Source: an uncultured Candidatus Saccharibacteria bacterium
GTDB taxonomy: Bacteria; Patescibacteriota; Minisyncoccia; UBA6257; UBA11618
Assembly: GCA_964363475.1 (NCBI GenBank)
Contig: CAYIII010000003.1
Coordinates: forward strand, 1 to 47,296
Direction: 5' to 3'
Length of the DNA: 47,296 nucleotides
Both the position numbers and the translations under genes were made by a program. This document shows, one piece after another, positions 18,780-26,789 of the stretch. Below the pieces are notes generated by a model that searched no databases, was not told where the DNA came from, and saw nothing but the letters and a program-made list of their open reading frames with translations. The number at the start of each line of letters is the position of its first letter. The first letter of the stretch is position 1.

Positions 18780-19430
18780 TTATACTTGAACCAAGTTCGT
18801 AAAGGCCTCTTTCGGGTCTTTACTATTATATATATAGGAAGCCGAAACAATGATATCCGCCCCAGCATCCTTAACCATCCTGGCGGTTTCTAAATTGATG
18901 CCGCCATCTATTTCTATTTTAGCATCTGGCCGCCTTTCCCGTAAGTAAACGATTTTCTTTAATGTTGAGTCCTGAAATGCCTGCCCCGCCTTGCCCGGCA
19001 TTACGGACAAAATTTGGAAGAAATTTACTTTGTTAAGATAGGGGTTTAATTTTTCCACAGAAGCCACGGGATTGACGGACAACATTAAGTCCGCACCGTA
19101 TTTGCCACAAACATTTAATAAAGTATCAACATCCAAACTGCCTATAGTTTCTAAATGAACTATTAATCTTTTTACTCCGGCCGCAAGCCAACGTTCGGCG
19201 TAATTAAAAGGGTCAATAATCATAAGGTGAACTTCGGTCTTAATCCGCCAGCTGGCGGAAGAAAGTTGCAGTTTTTGAAATTCTTCCGAGTTGCCCCAAG
19301 TTTCTATGGAGGAAAAAATCCCGTCTCCTACATCAAGATGAATCCACTCGCTTCCGAATTCTTTGGCTTTATCTATTGAATTTTTAGCCGCGTTAAAATC
19401 CGAAGCGTTGATGGCGGGAATAACTTGCAT
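18780..19430 (-). CDS. rpe: Ribulose-phosphate 3-epimerase-like protein
   Basis: IPAINASDF...IHLDVGDGIF, HLM and IEIDGGIN strings match the Rpe TIM-barrel pattern. Pentose-phosphate neighbours. Confidence 0.75.
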   Translation of the reverse strand: MQVIPAINASDFNAAKNSIDKAKEFGSEWIHLDVGDGIFSSIETWGNSEEFQKLQLSSASWRIKTEVHLMIIDPFNYAERWLAAGVKRLIVHLETIGSLDVDTLLNVCGKYGADLMLSVNPVASVEKLNPYLNKVNFFQILSVMPGKAGQAFQDSTLKKIVYLRERRPDAKIEIDGGINLETARMVKDAGADIIVSASYIYNSKDPKEAFTNLVQV

Positions 19431-19433
19431 TTC

Positions 19434-19880
19434 TTATTTATCAATTTCCCTTATTTTGTCCACTCTGCGACGATGTCTTTCTTCCAAAGAGAATGGCGTA
19501 GTCAAAAAAGCGTCAACAATATCCCGCGCGGCATCCAAATTTACAAAATCCGCGGATATTCCGATAACATTTACATCTTCGTCATTACGCGCCATTTGCG
19601 CATGTTGCGTGGCATTCACGGTGCCGGCGCGCACTCCTTTAAATTTATTTGCCGCAATAACCATGCCGATTCCCGAACCGCAAACAAGAATCCCCCGGTC
19701 AATATCAGAATTAACGCTAATCTTCTCTCCGACTAACTTGGCAAAATCCGGATAATCATCGCCGGCATCGTATTGATTATTGCCCAAATCAATAACTTGA
19801 TAATTTTTATCAAGCAAATACTGTTTAATTTTTTCTTTTAATTCGTAACCGCGATGGTCGGCTCCCAAATAAATCGTCAT
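19434..19880 (-). CDS. rpiB: Ribose-5-phosphate isomerase B
   Basis: IYLGADHRGYELKEKI and VCGSGIGMVIAANKFKGVRA are RpiB/LacAB motifs. Confidence 0.9.
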   Translation of the reverse strand: MTIYLGADHRGYELKEKIKQYLLDKNYQVIDLGNNQYDAGDDYPDFAKLVGEKISVNSDIDRGILVCGSGIGMVIAANKFKGVRAGTVNATQHAQMARNDEDVNVIGISADFVNLDAARDIVDAFLTTPFSLEERHRRRVDKIREIDK

Positions 19881-20911
19881 AATGCTTCTCCCGCTTTCTC
19901 TATATGCCTAATTAAAGTTGTCACGTAACCCCATTCGTTGTCATACCAAGAAAATACTTTGACTAAATCGCCGTCAACCACTTTGGTAAAAGACAAATCA
20001 ATTATCGCTCCATAAGGCATGCCAATCACATCAGAGGAAACTACAGGGTCTTCAACGACTGTTAAAATATCTTTCCAACGCTGGTCTAACGCCGCTTTGC
20101 GAAATATGTCATTAACCTCCTCAACGCTGGTCGGTCTTGCCGAAACAAAAGTAAAATCTGCCAGCGAAACAGTTATTGAAGGCACCCTAATCGCCATGCC
20201 GTCAAATTTTCCCTCTAAATTTTTTAACACCCTTGTGACCGAGACCGTAACACCACTAGCGGCTGGAATGATATTTGTAGCCGCCGCTCTGCCACGGCGA
20301 AAATCTTTGCTTTTGCCGGCCAAGCTGTCAACTAAACTTTGAGTGGCGGTATAAGCGTGAACGGAACTTAAGAATGCCTTTTTTACCCCAACAGTTTCTG
20401 ACATAATAGCCGCTACCGGATGAGTAGCGTTGGTAGTGCATGAGCCGTTAGAAGTAATAAGACAATTTTTAAATTGCTCTTCATTAAGTCCCAGTAAAAC
20501 TGTTTTTGCTTTTTCTTGCTCCGCGTCTTTTGCGGGAGAGGAAATAACAACTTTTTTGGCGCCCGCTTTTAAATGCGCTGAAGATTTTTCAAAGGACTCA
20601 AAAATTCCGGTCGCCTCCAAAGCAACATCAATATCTAAGTCCTTCCAAGGCAGTAGGGAAGGGTCTTTTTCTTGTAAAACCAAAGTTTTCTTTCCGTCCA
20701 CAACTAAATAACTTTTACCGCTTTCAGTCGTTGTTTGAATATTTCTGTCATAAGTTCTATAAACAGTGTCGTATTTTAAAAGATAAGCCAGATTATCAAC
20801 ATCACTAAGGTCGTTGACGGCTACAATGTCAAATTTTTCGAAAGCTTGGCGAAAAAATAATCGCCCAATACGACCAAAACCATTAATGGCAATTTTCATT
20901 TTTCTGTTCAT
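19877..20911 (-). CDS. gap: Glyceraldehyde-3-phosphate dehydrogenase
   Basis: KIAINGFGRIGR, active-site SNGSCTTN and WYDNEWGY. Start moved from 20998 to the internal Met (MNRKMKIAING), which removes the overlap with the upstream DUF192 gene. Confidence 0.9.
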   Translation of the reverse strand: MNRKMKIAINGFGRIGRLFFRQAFEKFDIVAVNDLSDVDNLAYLLKYDTVYRTYDRNIQTTTESGKSYLVVDGKKTLVLQEKDPSLLPWKDLDIDVALEATGIFESFEKSSAHLKAGAKKVVISSPAKDAEQEKAKTVLLGLNEEQFKNCLITSNGSCTTNATHPVAAIMSETVGVKKAFLSSVHAYTATQSLVDSLAGKSKDFRRGRAAATNIIPAASGVTVSVTRVLKNLEGKFDGMAIRVPSITVSLADFTFVSARPTSVEEVNDIFRKAALDQRWKDILTVVEDPVVSSDVIGMPYGAIIDLSFTKVVDGDLVKVFSWYDNEWGYVTTLIRHIEKAGEAL

Positions 20912-20915
20912 TGTA

Positions 20916-21401
20916 TCAGTATAAGACAAGTTTGCCCCCCGAGTAAATAAAAACTTCGCTTCCTTCGCGGATTCCCCATTTTTTGGCGGAACCGGCATTA
21001 ATTTCTAAAACAAGATTAACCGGTTCGGGAGAGGAGCGTAACTCAAGGTTACTGATTGTGGCCGGAGAAACATTCTCTGCTAAACCGACTACTTTATTAT
21101 TTTTAATCCAAATAATATCTAAAGGGAATTTCATGCCACGCATCCAAAATTTTTGAATAGCAGGTTCATTAAAAATAAAAAGCATGCCGTCATTCTCTCC
21201 TATAAATTTTCTACCAGACAACCCTTTTGCTCTACTCCAATCATTTTGGGCAACTTCTACTCGCCACTCTTGAGAATTGATTTTGACTTTTACATTCCCA
21301 CTTAACAAAATTTTCGGATACAAAAGATAAATTAATGCCGTAACTACAACAATTATAAAAACTATGGCCGCTATAATAGGAATCATTTTATTTTTATTCA
21401 T
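20916..21401 (-). CDS. DUF192-family protein with N-terminal membrane anchor
   Basis: GLSGRKFIGENDGMLFIF...MRGMKFPLDIIWI pattern is typical of DUF192 (COG1430). Confidence 0.7.
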   Translation of the reverse strand: MNKNKMIPIIAAIVFIIVVVTALIYLLYPKILLSGNVKVKINSQEWRVEVAQNDWSRAKGLSGRKFIGENDGMLFIFNEPAIQKFWMRGMKFPLDIIWIKNNKVVGLAENVSPATISNLELRSSPEPVNLVLEINAGSAKKWGIREGSEVFIYSGGKLVLY

Positions 21402-21885
21402 CGTTATTTTTAATTATAAAATAAAAACTGACGATGCCAAAGGCCACCGCGACATTTAACGATTCTTTTTTGCCGTACATTGGGATTTCTAAAATTGTAT
21501 CAGATTTTTTTAAAATTGAAGACGGCAATCCCCTTACCTCGTTGCCTAAAACTAAAACTGTTTTTTTAAGTTTTTGTCCGCCAGCTAGTGGATTGAATTT
21601 GTAATAAGGCGTTGATTTTTTTGATTGCTCAATAGCTACAATTTTATATCCTCCTTCTTTTAATCTATTAATAACAGCGCTTGTCCTTTTTATAAATTCC
21701 CACTGAACTGTTTTTTCCGCCCCTAAAGAAACTTTAGTAAATTTTTGAATGGGAGCATTAAAACGATCTAATGGAGACGGAGTAATTCCGCAGAGGTAGA
21801 TTTTTTCTATACCCACCGCATCAGCAGTTCTAAAAATAGAACCGACATTATAAATGCTACGAATATTGTGCAGAATAACTATCAT
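21394..21885 (-). CDS. SpoU/TrmH-family RNA 2'-O-methyltransferase
   Basis: NVGSIFRTADAVG, VLGNEVRGL and SLNVAVAFGI are the three SpoU motifs. Confidence 0.8.
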   Translation of the reverse strand: MIVILHNIRSIYNVGSIFRTADAVGIEKIYLCGITPSPLDRFNAPIQKFTKVSLGAEKTVQWEFIKRTSAVINRLKEGGYKIVAIEQSKKSTPYYKFNPLAGGQKLKKTVLVLGNEVRGLPSSILKKSDTILEIPMYGKKESLNVAVAFGIVSFYFIIKNNDE

Positions 21886-21906
21886 CAGAGAAATAATTTA
21901 CACTAT

Positions 21907-21935
21907 TTGACTAAATATTACAAACGTTTTAGTAT
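21907..21935 (+). promoter_or_regulatory. Sigma-70-like promoter for csrA (TTGACT-17-TAGTAT)
   Basis: Hexamers and 17-nt spacer read directly. Predicted leader of about 38 nt carries catGGAaagGGAg overlapping the Shine-Dalgarno. Confidence 0.5.
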
Positions 21936-21979
21936 ACAGAAAGTTCGTCTTTCAATCCCCCATGGAAAGGGAGTCCGCA

Positions 21980-22159
21980 ATGTTGGTTCTTTCCCGCAAA
22001 GTAAATGAATGGATAATGATTGGCAATGACATTAAAATTATTGTTGTTGATATTAGAGGGGACAAGGTACGATTGGGAATAGAAGCGCCCGCAGAAGTGC
22101 CCGTACACCGAAGAGAAGTGTACGATGCAATTCAAGGAGAAGAGCCACAAACTGACTGA
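21980..22159 (+). CDS. csrA: Carbon storage regulator / translational repressor CsrA
   Basis: [48 protein letters not shown] is a near-canonical CsrA sequence. Start set at the Met preceded by GGGAG rather than the track start at 21962. Confidence 0.88.
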   Translation: MLVLSRKVNEWIMIGNDIKIIVVDIRGDKVRLGIEAPAEVPVHRREVYDAIQGEEPQTD

Positions 22160-22165
22160 ATACGA

Positions 22166-22198
22166 AATCCGCCTTACGATGGGCGGATTGTTTTTTTT
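22166..22198 (+). terminator. Rho-independent terminator after csrA
   Basis: AATCCGCC / GGCGGATT 8-bp stem with an 8-nt loop, followed by G plus a T8 run. Confidence 0.8.
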
Positions 22199-24848
22199 AA
22201 TTTTGAAAGTAATATTTTGCGGGGTTAGCTGATTTTAATTTAAAATTCTGACTGCCGCCGCCAGAACTTTCAAAATCATAATAGGCAATGGTTATATAAT
22301 CGGTGCTAGTGGCATTATGCGGCGTTTTTATTTTTAATTTGTCTTGCCCTATAAGACCATAATTATAAGCAATATTACTTACACCACCACCACTGCCAAA
22401 TCCTTCTGGGGTATCAGGTAAAATCGCAGAATAACGAGGCGCGCCTTCACCAAAATACATTGGATATATTAATGACAAAAGACTGTCGCTTTTAGGAGTC
22501 CAATTATCATCAGTGACAATTGATTCTTGGGCCAATGGCTCTGCATTTAAATAAAATGCTAAAATTTTCCAAGAATCTTTTCTTTCGGGAACAAACGGAT
22601 ACTGGTCAAAAATTAAGTCAATATAATTATTGCCGTCACTATGATTTTTATAAAAAGAGACCTCTCTTAAAAAACCGGCCCCCGTTATGGGAACCACAAC
22701 ATCTGCGATCGTGGACGATCCATTAACTTGAAAATCGCCGATATTGTCTTTTCTTTTTAAACTTTTTCCCGGAGCAAAATCTAAAAATGCGTCTTTACTA
22801 TAATTGAAACTGTCAACCATATCTAAATCACTGCCTCCATCAACTTTATCTTGATTGCGAACCAGATAAATGGCTCCGGCTGTATTATTTAAACTGCCGC
22901 TTGCCCATTTCATATCAGCTATTTTTCCCGTCGGAGAATCTCCAAACCAAATCAAGAAAAATCCTTTAGAATTTATTTTATTGCCGGCTTCAAAGTTCTT
23001 TTTAGATATCACGCCAGAACTAGAAGCTACTTGGATAGACCATTCGGATATATCAACCGCTTGGTCATTAGGATTATATAATTCTATAAATTCTTTACCA
23101 TCATCCGAACCCTCCGCATCAAAAAGAAATTCGCTTATGAAAATTTTTGAAACAGCGGGCGGTGTGGTTGTATTTGTGACCGTATTTGTATTCGTGTCTG
23201 TAACTACTGTTGTATTTGTAACAACGCCACCAGCGCTCTCTCCGCTACCGTTAATAACAATAACAGATTGGCTATTATTTTCTGCCCTCGGGGTGCCGCC
23301 CACCGAACTGCTATGCCAGTTCAAATTTGATTCTCTTTCCATTGTCTTTCTTTCTGAACTAATGCCAGCTGGCCAATTAGGTTGGGCAAAAACTTCGTCA
23401 ACTAGAATACAATTATTATCAAAAAGTCTAAGCCCTTCATTTTCATTGCTTATTGAGCCCTTAAAAATAAAATCCGCCGCGACAGACGGTACCGACTGGT
23501 CGTCTGTTCTTTCTAATAGGTAAAATCCATTTCTGGAAACCATTGATTCTTTGGGAAAATTAAATTTGATTTGTTCGTCCTTGTCTATTAGCCACCAGCC
23601 GGAAATATTAAAAGTATCGTTGCTGATATTTTTCAATTCTACCCATTCGTCGTTGCTGTCGTTTTCAGAACCCATCCATGCCACCTCATTTATCAAAATG
23701 TTTTGGTGAGTGGGAATTGAAGAAGAATTATAAGAACAAGCGGGAGGTTGCGATTCTTTAATTTCTATTACATTTGGAACCGTGTCGTAAATTTTTTGTT
23801 CTTGATTATTTTTTTTAAGAGATATTACAGCTCTTTCTTTTAAATTACTTTCGTCACCGCCTTGCGCTTTTGACAGAACCGCATCAGCCAAACTAGCCAA
23901 CAAGGGCTTGGAACCAGCTAAATCTTTTTTATTTGCTTCTTCAAAAAATAAACTTAACATCCCAGCGCCGTGTTGAATGGCTTTTATAGAAAGACGATCC
24001 CAGTAATCTTGGAGGATTAAATTATAATTTATATTACCAATACCTTCTCTAATCCAAGAAAATTTTTTATTTCTACGAATCAAATTGTAATCACCAAATT
24101 CTTTGTCTATTTTGACACCATACAATCCACCATCCTTTCTAACTTTCCAATAATCTGCCTTTGGATTGTCATAATCATTCACACTATCAGAGCTGTAAAA
24201 ACCGTTATTGGAATATTTAGCAATACTGTCAAAATATTCATCAACGGATTTTAAACTAATAGGATTTTTAGAAAACAAAATTCCGGTATTAATTTTTTTT
24301 CTTTTAGTAAAAATCTCATAAGAACTGCCATCTAAATGCTGGTCATTGCGCGTGTGCTCAGGCACAGCCATATCTTCCAATAAATGCAAGGTATGGCCGA
24401 GCGCGTACATGGCCATTTCTTTTTCTCCATCGCGCCAATATTTTATAGCTCTTTCCCAGGTAAAATCTTTATCAAAAAGGTTATTTTCTATTTTTTTCTT
24501 TTCCACGGATGACAAAATACTTGCTTCCAGCGGCGAATAATTAAAAGCCAACTGCGATTTGGAATCTTGAGCCCAATTTTTGGCGCTTTCCCAATTTATT
24601 CGTCCAATAGTTAGCCCCTTATTGTTAACAGGGTCATAAAAATGGTTCAGGTAACGAGGCGGATCGTCTTCCTTGCGAACTCCGTCAATTAAAAAATTGA
24701 CTAAATCATTATTTATTTTACTTGCCGAATAGTATTCGTTATAAAAGTTTATTATTTCTTTGGTAAGAGTGACGTGGGCATCCAAAGAATAAGCATTGCT
24801 CAAAAACGGCATTAATAAAAAAAATAAAAACAAAAAGCGCCAAGCCAT
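22197..24848 (-). CDS. Large secreted protein: zinc-dependent phospholipase-C-like N-domain plus two lamin-tail domains plus an unknown C-terminal domain
   Basis: Signal peptide (MAWRFLFLFFLLMPFLSNAYS). PLC-like His/Asp pattern (LDAH..., HFYDP, LGHTLHLLEDMAVPEH). Two LTD signatures (ILINEVAWMGS...DEWVELKN...ISGWWL and IFISEFLFDAEGSDDGKEFIELYNPNDQAVDISEWSI). Thr/Asn-rich linker. Confidence 0.7.
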   Translation of the reverse strand: MAWRFLFLFFLLMPFLSNAYSLDAHVTLTKEIINFYNEYYSASKINNDLVNFLIDGVRKEDDPPRYLNHFYDPVNNKGLTIGRINWESAKNWAQDSKSQLAFNYSPLEASILSSVEKKKIENNLFDKDFTWERAIKYWRDGEKEMAMYALGHTLHLLEDMAVPEHTRNDQHLDGSSYEIFTKRKKINTGILFSKNPISLKSVDEYFDSIAKYSNNGFYSSDSVNDYDNPKADYWKVRKDGGLYGVKIDKEFGDYNLIRRNKKFSWIREGIGNINYNLILQDYWDRLSIKAIQHGAGMLSLFFEEANKKDLAGSKPLLASLADAVLSKAQGGDESNLKERAVISLKKNNQEQKIYDTVPNVIEIKESQPPACSYNSSSIPTHQNILINEVAWMGSENDSNDEWVELKNISNDTFNISGWWLIDKDEQIKFNFPKESMVSRNGFYLLERTDDQSVPSVAADFIFKGSISNENEGLRLFDNNCILVDEVFAQPNWPAGISSERKTMERESNLNWHSSSVGGTPRAENNSQSVIVINGSGESAGGVVTNTTVVTDTNTNTVTNTTTPPAVSKIFISEFLFDAEGSDDGKEFIELYNPNDQAVDISEWSIQVASSSGVISKKNFEAGNKINSKGFFLIWFGDSPTGKIADMKWASGSLNNTAGAIYLVRNQDKVDGGSDLDMVDSFNYSKDAFLDFAPGKSLKRKDNIGDFQVNGSSTIADVVVPITGAGFLREVSFYKNHSDGNNYIDLIFDQYPFVPERKDSWKILAFYLNAEPLAQESIVTDDNWTPKSDSLLSLIYPMYFGEGAPRYSAILPDTPEGFGSGGGVSNIAYNYGLIGQDKLKIKTPHNATSTDYITIAYYDFESSGGGSQNFKLKSANPAKYYFQN

Positions 24849-24854
24849 TTTTGT

Positions 24855-25337
24855 TTATAAATTTTCTATTTTCCAAAGATCAGTAAAACTATTTTTTTCC
24901 ATATCAATATCAGCCCCAATAGATCCATCTTCTTCCGTGCGGACGATAAATTTATAATCGTCCTCATTCAAACGATTTTCCAAATCCGCCTCAGCTGTGC
25001 CCAAATCCTCTGCCATCTTTTGCATAAGCCCCTTGTCCTTAATATTTTGCAAATATTCCACCCACTTATCTCTTTTTCCTAAATCATCAACCATAAAATA
25101 TTTGCCTGCCAAATCCACATCTTCCTTTTTCAAAGCGTCAATAAACAAACTCAAAGTTTCTTCCGGCGTTTTCCCGCCGTAAGTATCAGCCGTCATCACT
25201 TCTTCATAATTTTTAATAAACTCTTCCCCGGTATCTATGCCCGAATCTCTATTTTGCCAAACGGTCTTCCAATAAAAAACCCCCAAAACGACAGTCACTA
25301 AAACTAATCCTGCTGATAACCAATATTTAAATTTCAT
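24855..25337 (-). CDS. Small membrane-anchored acidic protein, unknown function
   Basis: 160 aa with an N-terminal TM. Ends 6 nt upstream of the 883-aa gene start, so probably co-transcribed. Confidence 0.45.
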   Translation of the reverse strand: MKFKYWLSAGLVLVTVVLGVFYWKTVWQNRDSGIDTGEEFIKNYEEVMTADTYGGKTPEETLSLFIDALKKEDVDLAGKYFMVDDLGKRDKWVEYLQNIKDKGLMQKMAEDLGTAEADLENRLNEDDYKFIVRTEEDGSIGADIDMEKNSFTDLWKIENL

Positions 25338-25426
25338 AATCCATCAAATGTAACACGCCCCTCAAAAAAATCCACAAAAGTTATCAATAATTTCTACCAA
25401 AAAAGAAACTAAAATTTCTATTTAGT

Positions 25427-25470
25427 AAAATACACCACTTTCATACGATCGTATGAAAGTGGTGTATTTT
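25427..25470. repeat. 44-bp perfect palindrome (AAAATACACCACTTTCATACGA/TCGTATGAAAGTGGTGTATTTT)
   Basis: Verified base by base. Centre is CGATCG, flanked by A4/T4. Intergenic, between the GNAT gene and the 160-aa gene. Confidence 0.9.
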
Positions 25471-25471
25471 T

Positions 25472-25509
25472 GGCAAAAAAATAATTTCCGCCATTAAATG
25501 GCGGAAATT
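25472..25509 (-). terminator. Rho-independent terminator downstream of the GNAT gene
   Basis: AATTTCCGCC / GGCGGAAATT 10-bp stem with a 7-nt loop. Followed on the minus strand by a T7 run. Confidence 0.75.
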
Positions 25510-25584
25510 GGCAAGCCCTCCTTTGCCACCTCCTTCGTTAAAACTTCGAAGGTCAAGAAGGCTACGGATGGGCAAGCAACAAAA

Positions 25585-26079
25585 CTAAACTCCCACAGAT
25601 TGTAAATAAACAACCGGATCCCTGAAATAAACGAATCGATACGCGTCTTCATCACCATAGAATCCTCTTAAGACATTAGCAGCTTCAAATTCCATGGCCT
25701 TGCAAAAAAGCTGACCGCCAAGATTGGAGCTTTTGATGTTTAAGGTAATCGTTACGCACTCATCATCGCAAAAATTTGCCGCAAGCAACGAGCTGATTAA
25801 TTGAGTACCGATGCCTTTGCGACGGCAAGCCGAAGCTACAACAAGATTAAATAAATGAAGTCTTTTTGCGTATCTTCGATAAATCGCATACCCAACAACC
25901 TTATCGCCTATCATGACAATCCTTCCAAGACAACTATTCGATCGCAAAAAACGCACAAAATCTTTCTCTTTCCAAAAATGCTCGGAATCTTCTCTTTCGA
26001 TACTTAGTATTTCCGGCATATGTCTTTTAAACATGCATTCAGTATGAATTTTCAAAAAGGTCTTTTCTCTTGCAACCAT
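25585..26079 (-). CDS. GNAT-family N-acetyltransferase (RimI-like)
   Basis: Acetyl-CoA-binding motif A (VVASACRRKGIGTQLISSLL). Canonical AAGGAG Shine-Dalgarno 7 nt upstream of the ATG. By eye, GC is slightly higher than in the neighbours. Confidence 0.8.
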   Translation of the reverse strand: MVAREKTFLKIHTECMFKRHMPEILSIEREDSEHFWKEKDFVRFLRSNSCLGRIVMIGDKVVGYAIYRRYAKRLHLFNLVVASACRRKGIGTQLISSLLAANFCDDECVTITLNIKSSNLGGQLFCKAMEFEAANVLRGFYGDEDAYRFVYFRDPVVYLQSVGV

Positions 26080-26135
26080 TTGTGACTCCTTTCAAAGAAA
26101 GCGGGGGTTATTGCGGACCGCGTGAACTAGCTGGC

Positions 26136-26164
26136 ATCTTAAGATAAAAAATCATAAATGTCAA
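26136..26164 (-). promoter_or_regulatory. Sigma-70-like promoter for the GNAT gene (TTGACA-17-TAAGAT on the minus strand)
   Basis: Hexamers read directly. Its -35 lies 2 bp from the -35 of the divergent promoter, within the palindrome TCAATATTGA. Confidence 0.5.
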
Positions 26165-26166
26165 TA

Positions 26167-26194
26167 TTGAAATTTTCCGGAAATGTTTTATAAT
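26167..26194 (+). promoter_or_regulatory. Sigma-70-like promoter for the PaaX-like gene (TTGAAA-16-TATAAT) with palindrome TTTCCGGAAA in the spacer
   Basis: Read directly. The -10 ends about 10 nt before the ATG at 26205 and there is no Shine-Dalgarno, so the mRNA would be near-leaderless. Confidence 0.5.
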
Positions 26195-26204
26195 ATAGCC
26201 ACTT

Positions 26205-26789
26205 ATGGCAAGTCATGTCCGACTTTGGAAAAAAGAAACTTTAACCCGGGATACAATATTAAGATTAGCTGTGAGCCCTTTTACTTTGGTTGCGGCTCAT
26301 TCTTCTCCGTACTTTTTGCACAGATTAGTAAAATTATTTTTTAAAGACCGGTCTGTAAAAATTATTAGGCAGAGAACTAAAAAGTTGAGGGAGTTGGAAA
26401 GTAAAAAAATAGTTCGTTTCCAAAAATTAGCCAACGATAGCTTAAGACTTGCGCTAACCCCGATGGGCGAAGCTCTGGCCGATAATTTTTTTAAACAGAC
26501 GGAACTTGAAAATATAAGGGTGAGCAATAAAAGATGGACGGGGTTATGGTATTTATTGATTTACGACCTGGCGGGTTGCGAAAAAAAGACCAAAGATATT
26601 TTCAGGAAAACAATAAAAAAATTGGGATTATACCCGATGAAAAGAACTGTTTGGGTTTCGCCATTTGACTGTGAAAGAGAAATTAAAAAGCTCTGCAACG
26701 CTCTGGATATAAATCAGGAAAAGATAATTTACACCACCACTAAAAAATTATCCGGAGAAAATAAAGTAAAGGCGCATTTCAAAATTTAA
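26205..26789 (+). CDS. PaaX-like transcriptional regulator (wHTH plus Cas2/VapD-like ferredoxin-fold C-domain)
   Basis: C-terminal pattern WTGLWYLLIYDL...KTKDIFRKTIKKLGLYPMKRTVWVSP matches the PaaX C-domain pattern as I remember it. N-terminal region is HTH-like. Confidence 0.55.
   Translation: MASHVRLWKKETLTRDTILRLAVSPFTLVAAHSSPYFLHRLVKLFFKDRSVKIIRQRTKKLRELESKKIVRFQKLANDSLRLALTPMGEALADNFFKQTELENIRVSNKRWTGLWYLLIYDLAGCEKKTKDIFRKTIKKLGLYPMKRTVWVSPFDCEREIKKLCNALDINQEKIIYTTTKKLSGENKVKAHFKI

Noticed and set aside
20912-20998. N-terminal 29-aa extension of GAPDH in the track ORF, overlapping the DUF192 gene.
   Set aside because: The canonical GAPDH N-terminus (MKIAINGFGRIGR) begins after the internal Met. 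The extension has no counterpart in GAPDHs and would overlap the upstream gene by 83 nt.
21929-22150. 73-aa ORF antisense to csrA.
   Set aside because: Mirror of the highly canonical CsrA coding sequence, with no start context.
23160-23240. Repetitive GTn/ACn DNA encoding VVTNTTVVTDTNTNTVTNTTT.
   Set aside because: A low-complexity Thr/Asn linker between protein domains (possibly a glycosylation-prone spacer), not a tandem DNA repeat system or CRISPR.
22197-24848. Diversity-generating retroelement or variable-repeat target in the large LTD protein.
   Set aside because: No reverse transcriptase gene, no template/variable repeat pair seen, and no C-type-lectin-like C-terminus recognised.
25585-26079. 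GNAT as a TacT/AtaT-type toxin of a toxin-antitoxin pair.
   Set aside because: No small RHH/DUF1778-type antitoxin ORF lies upstream or downstream, and the 125-bp upstream spacer is non-coding. The sequence looks RimI-like. Kept only as a test suggestion in the GNAT/PaaX finding.
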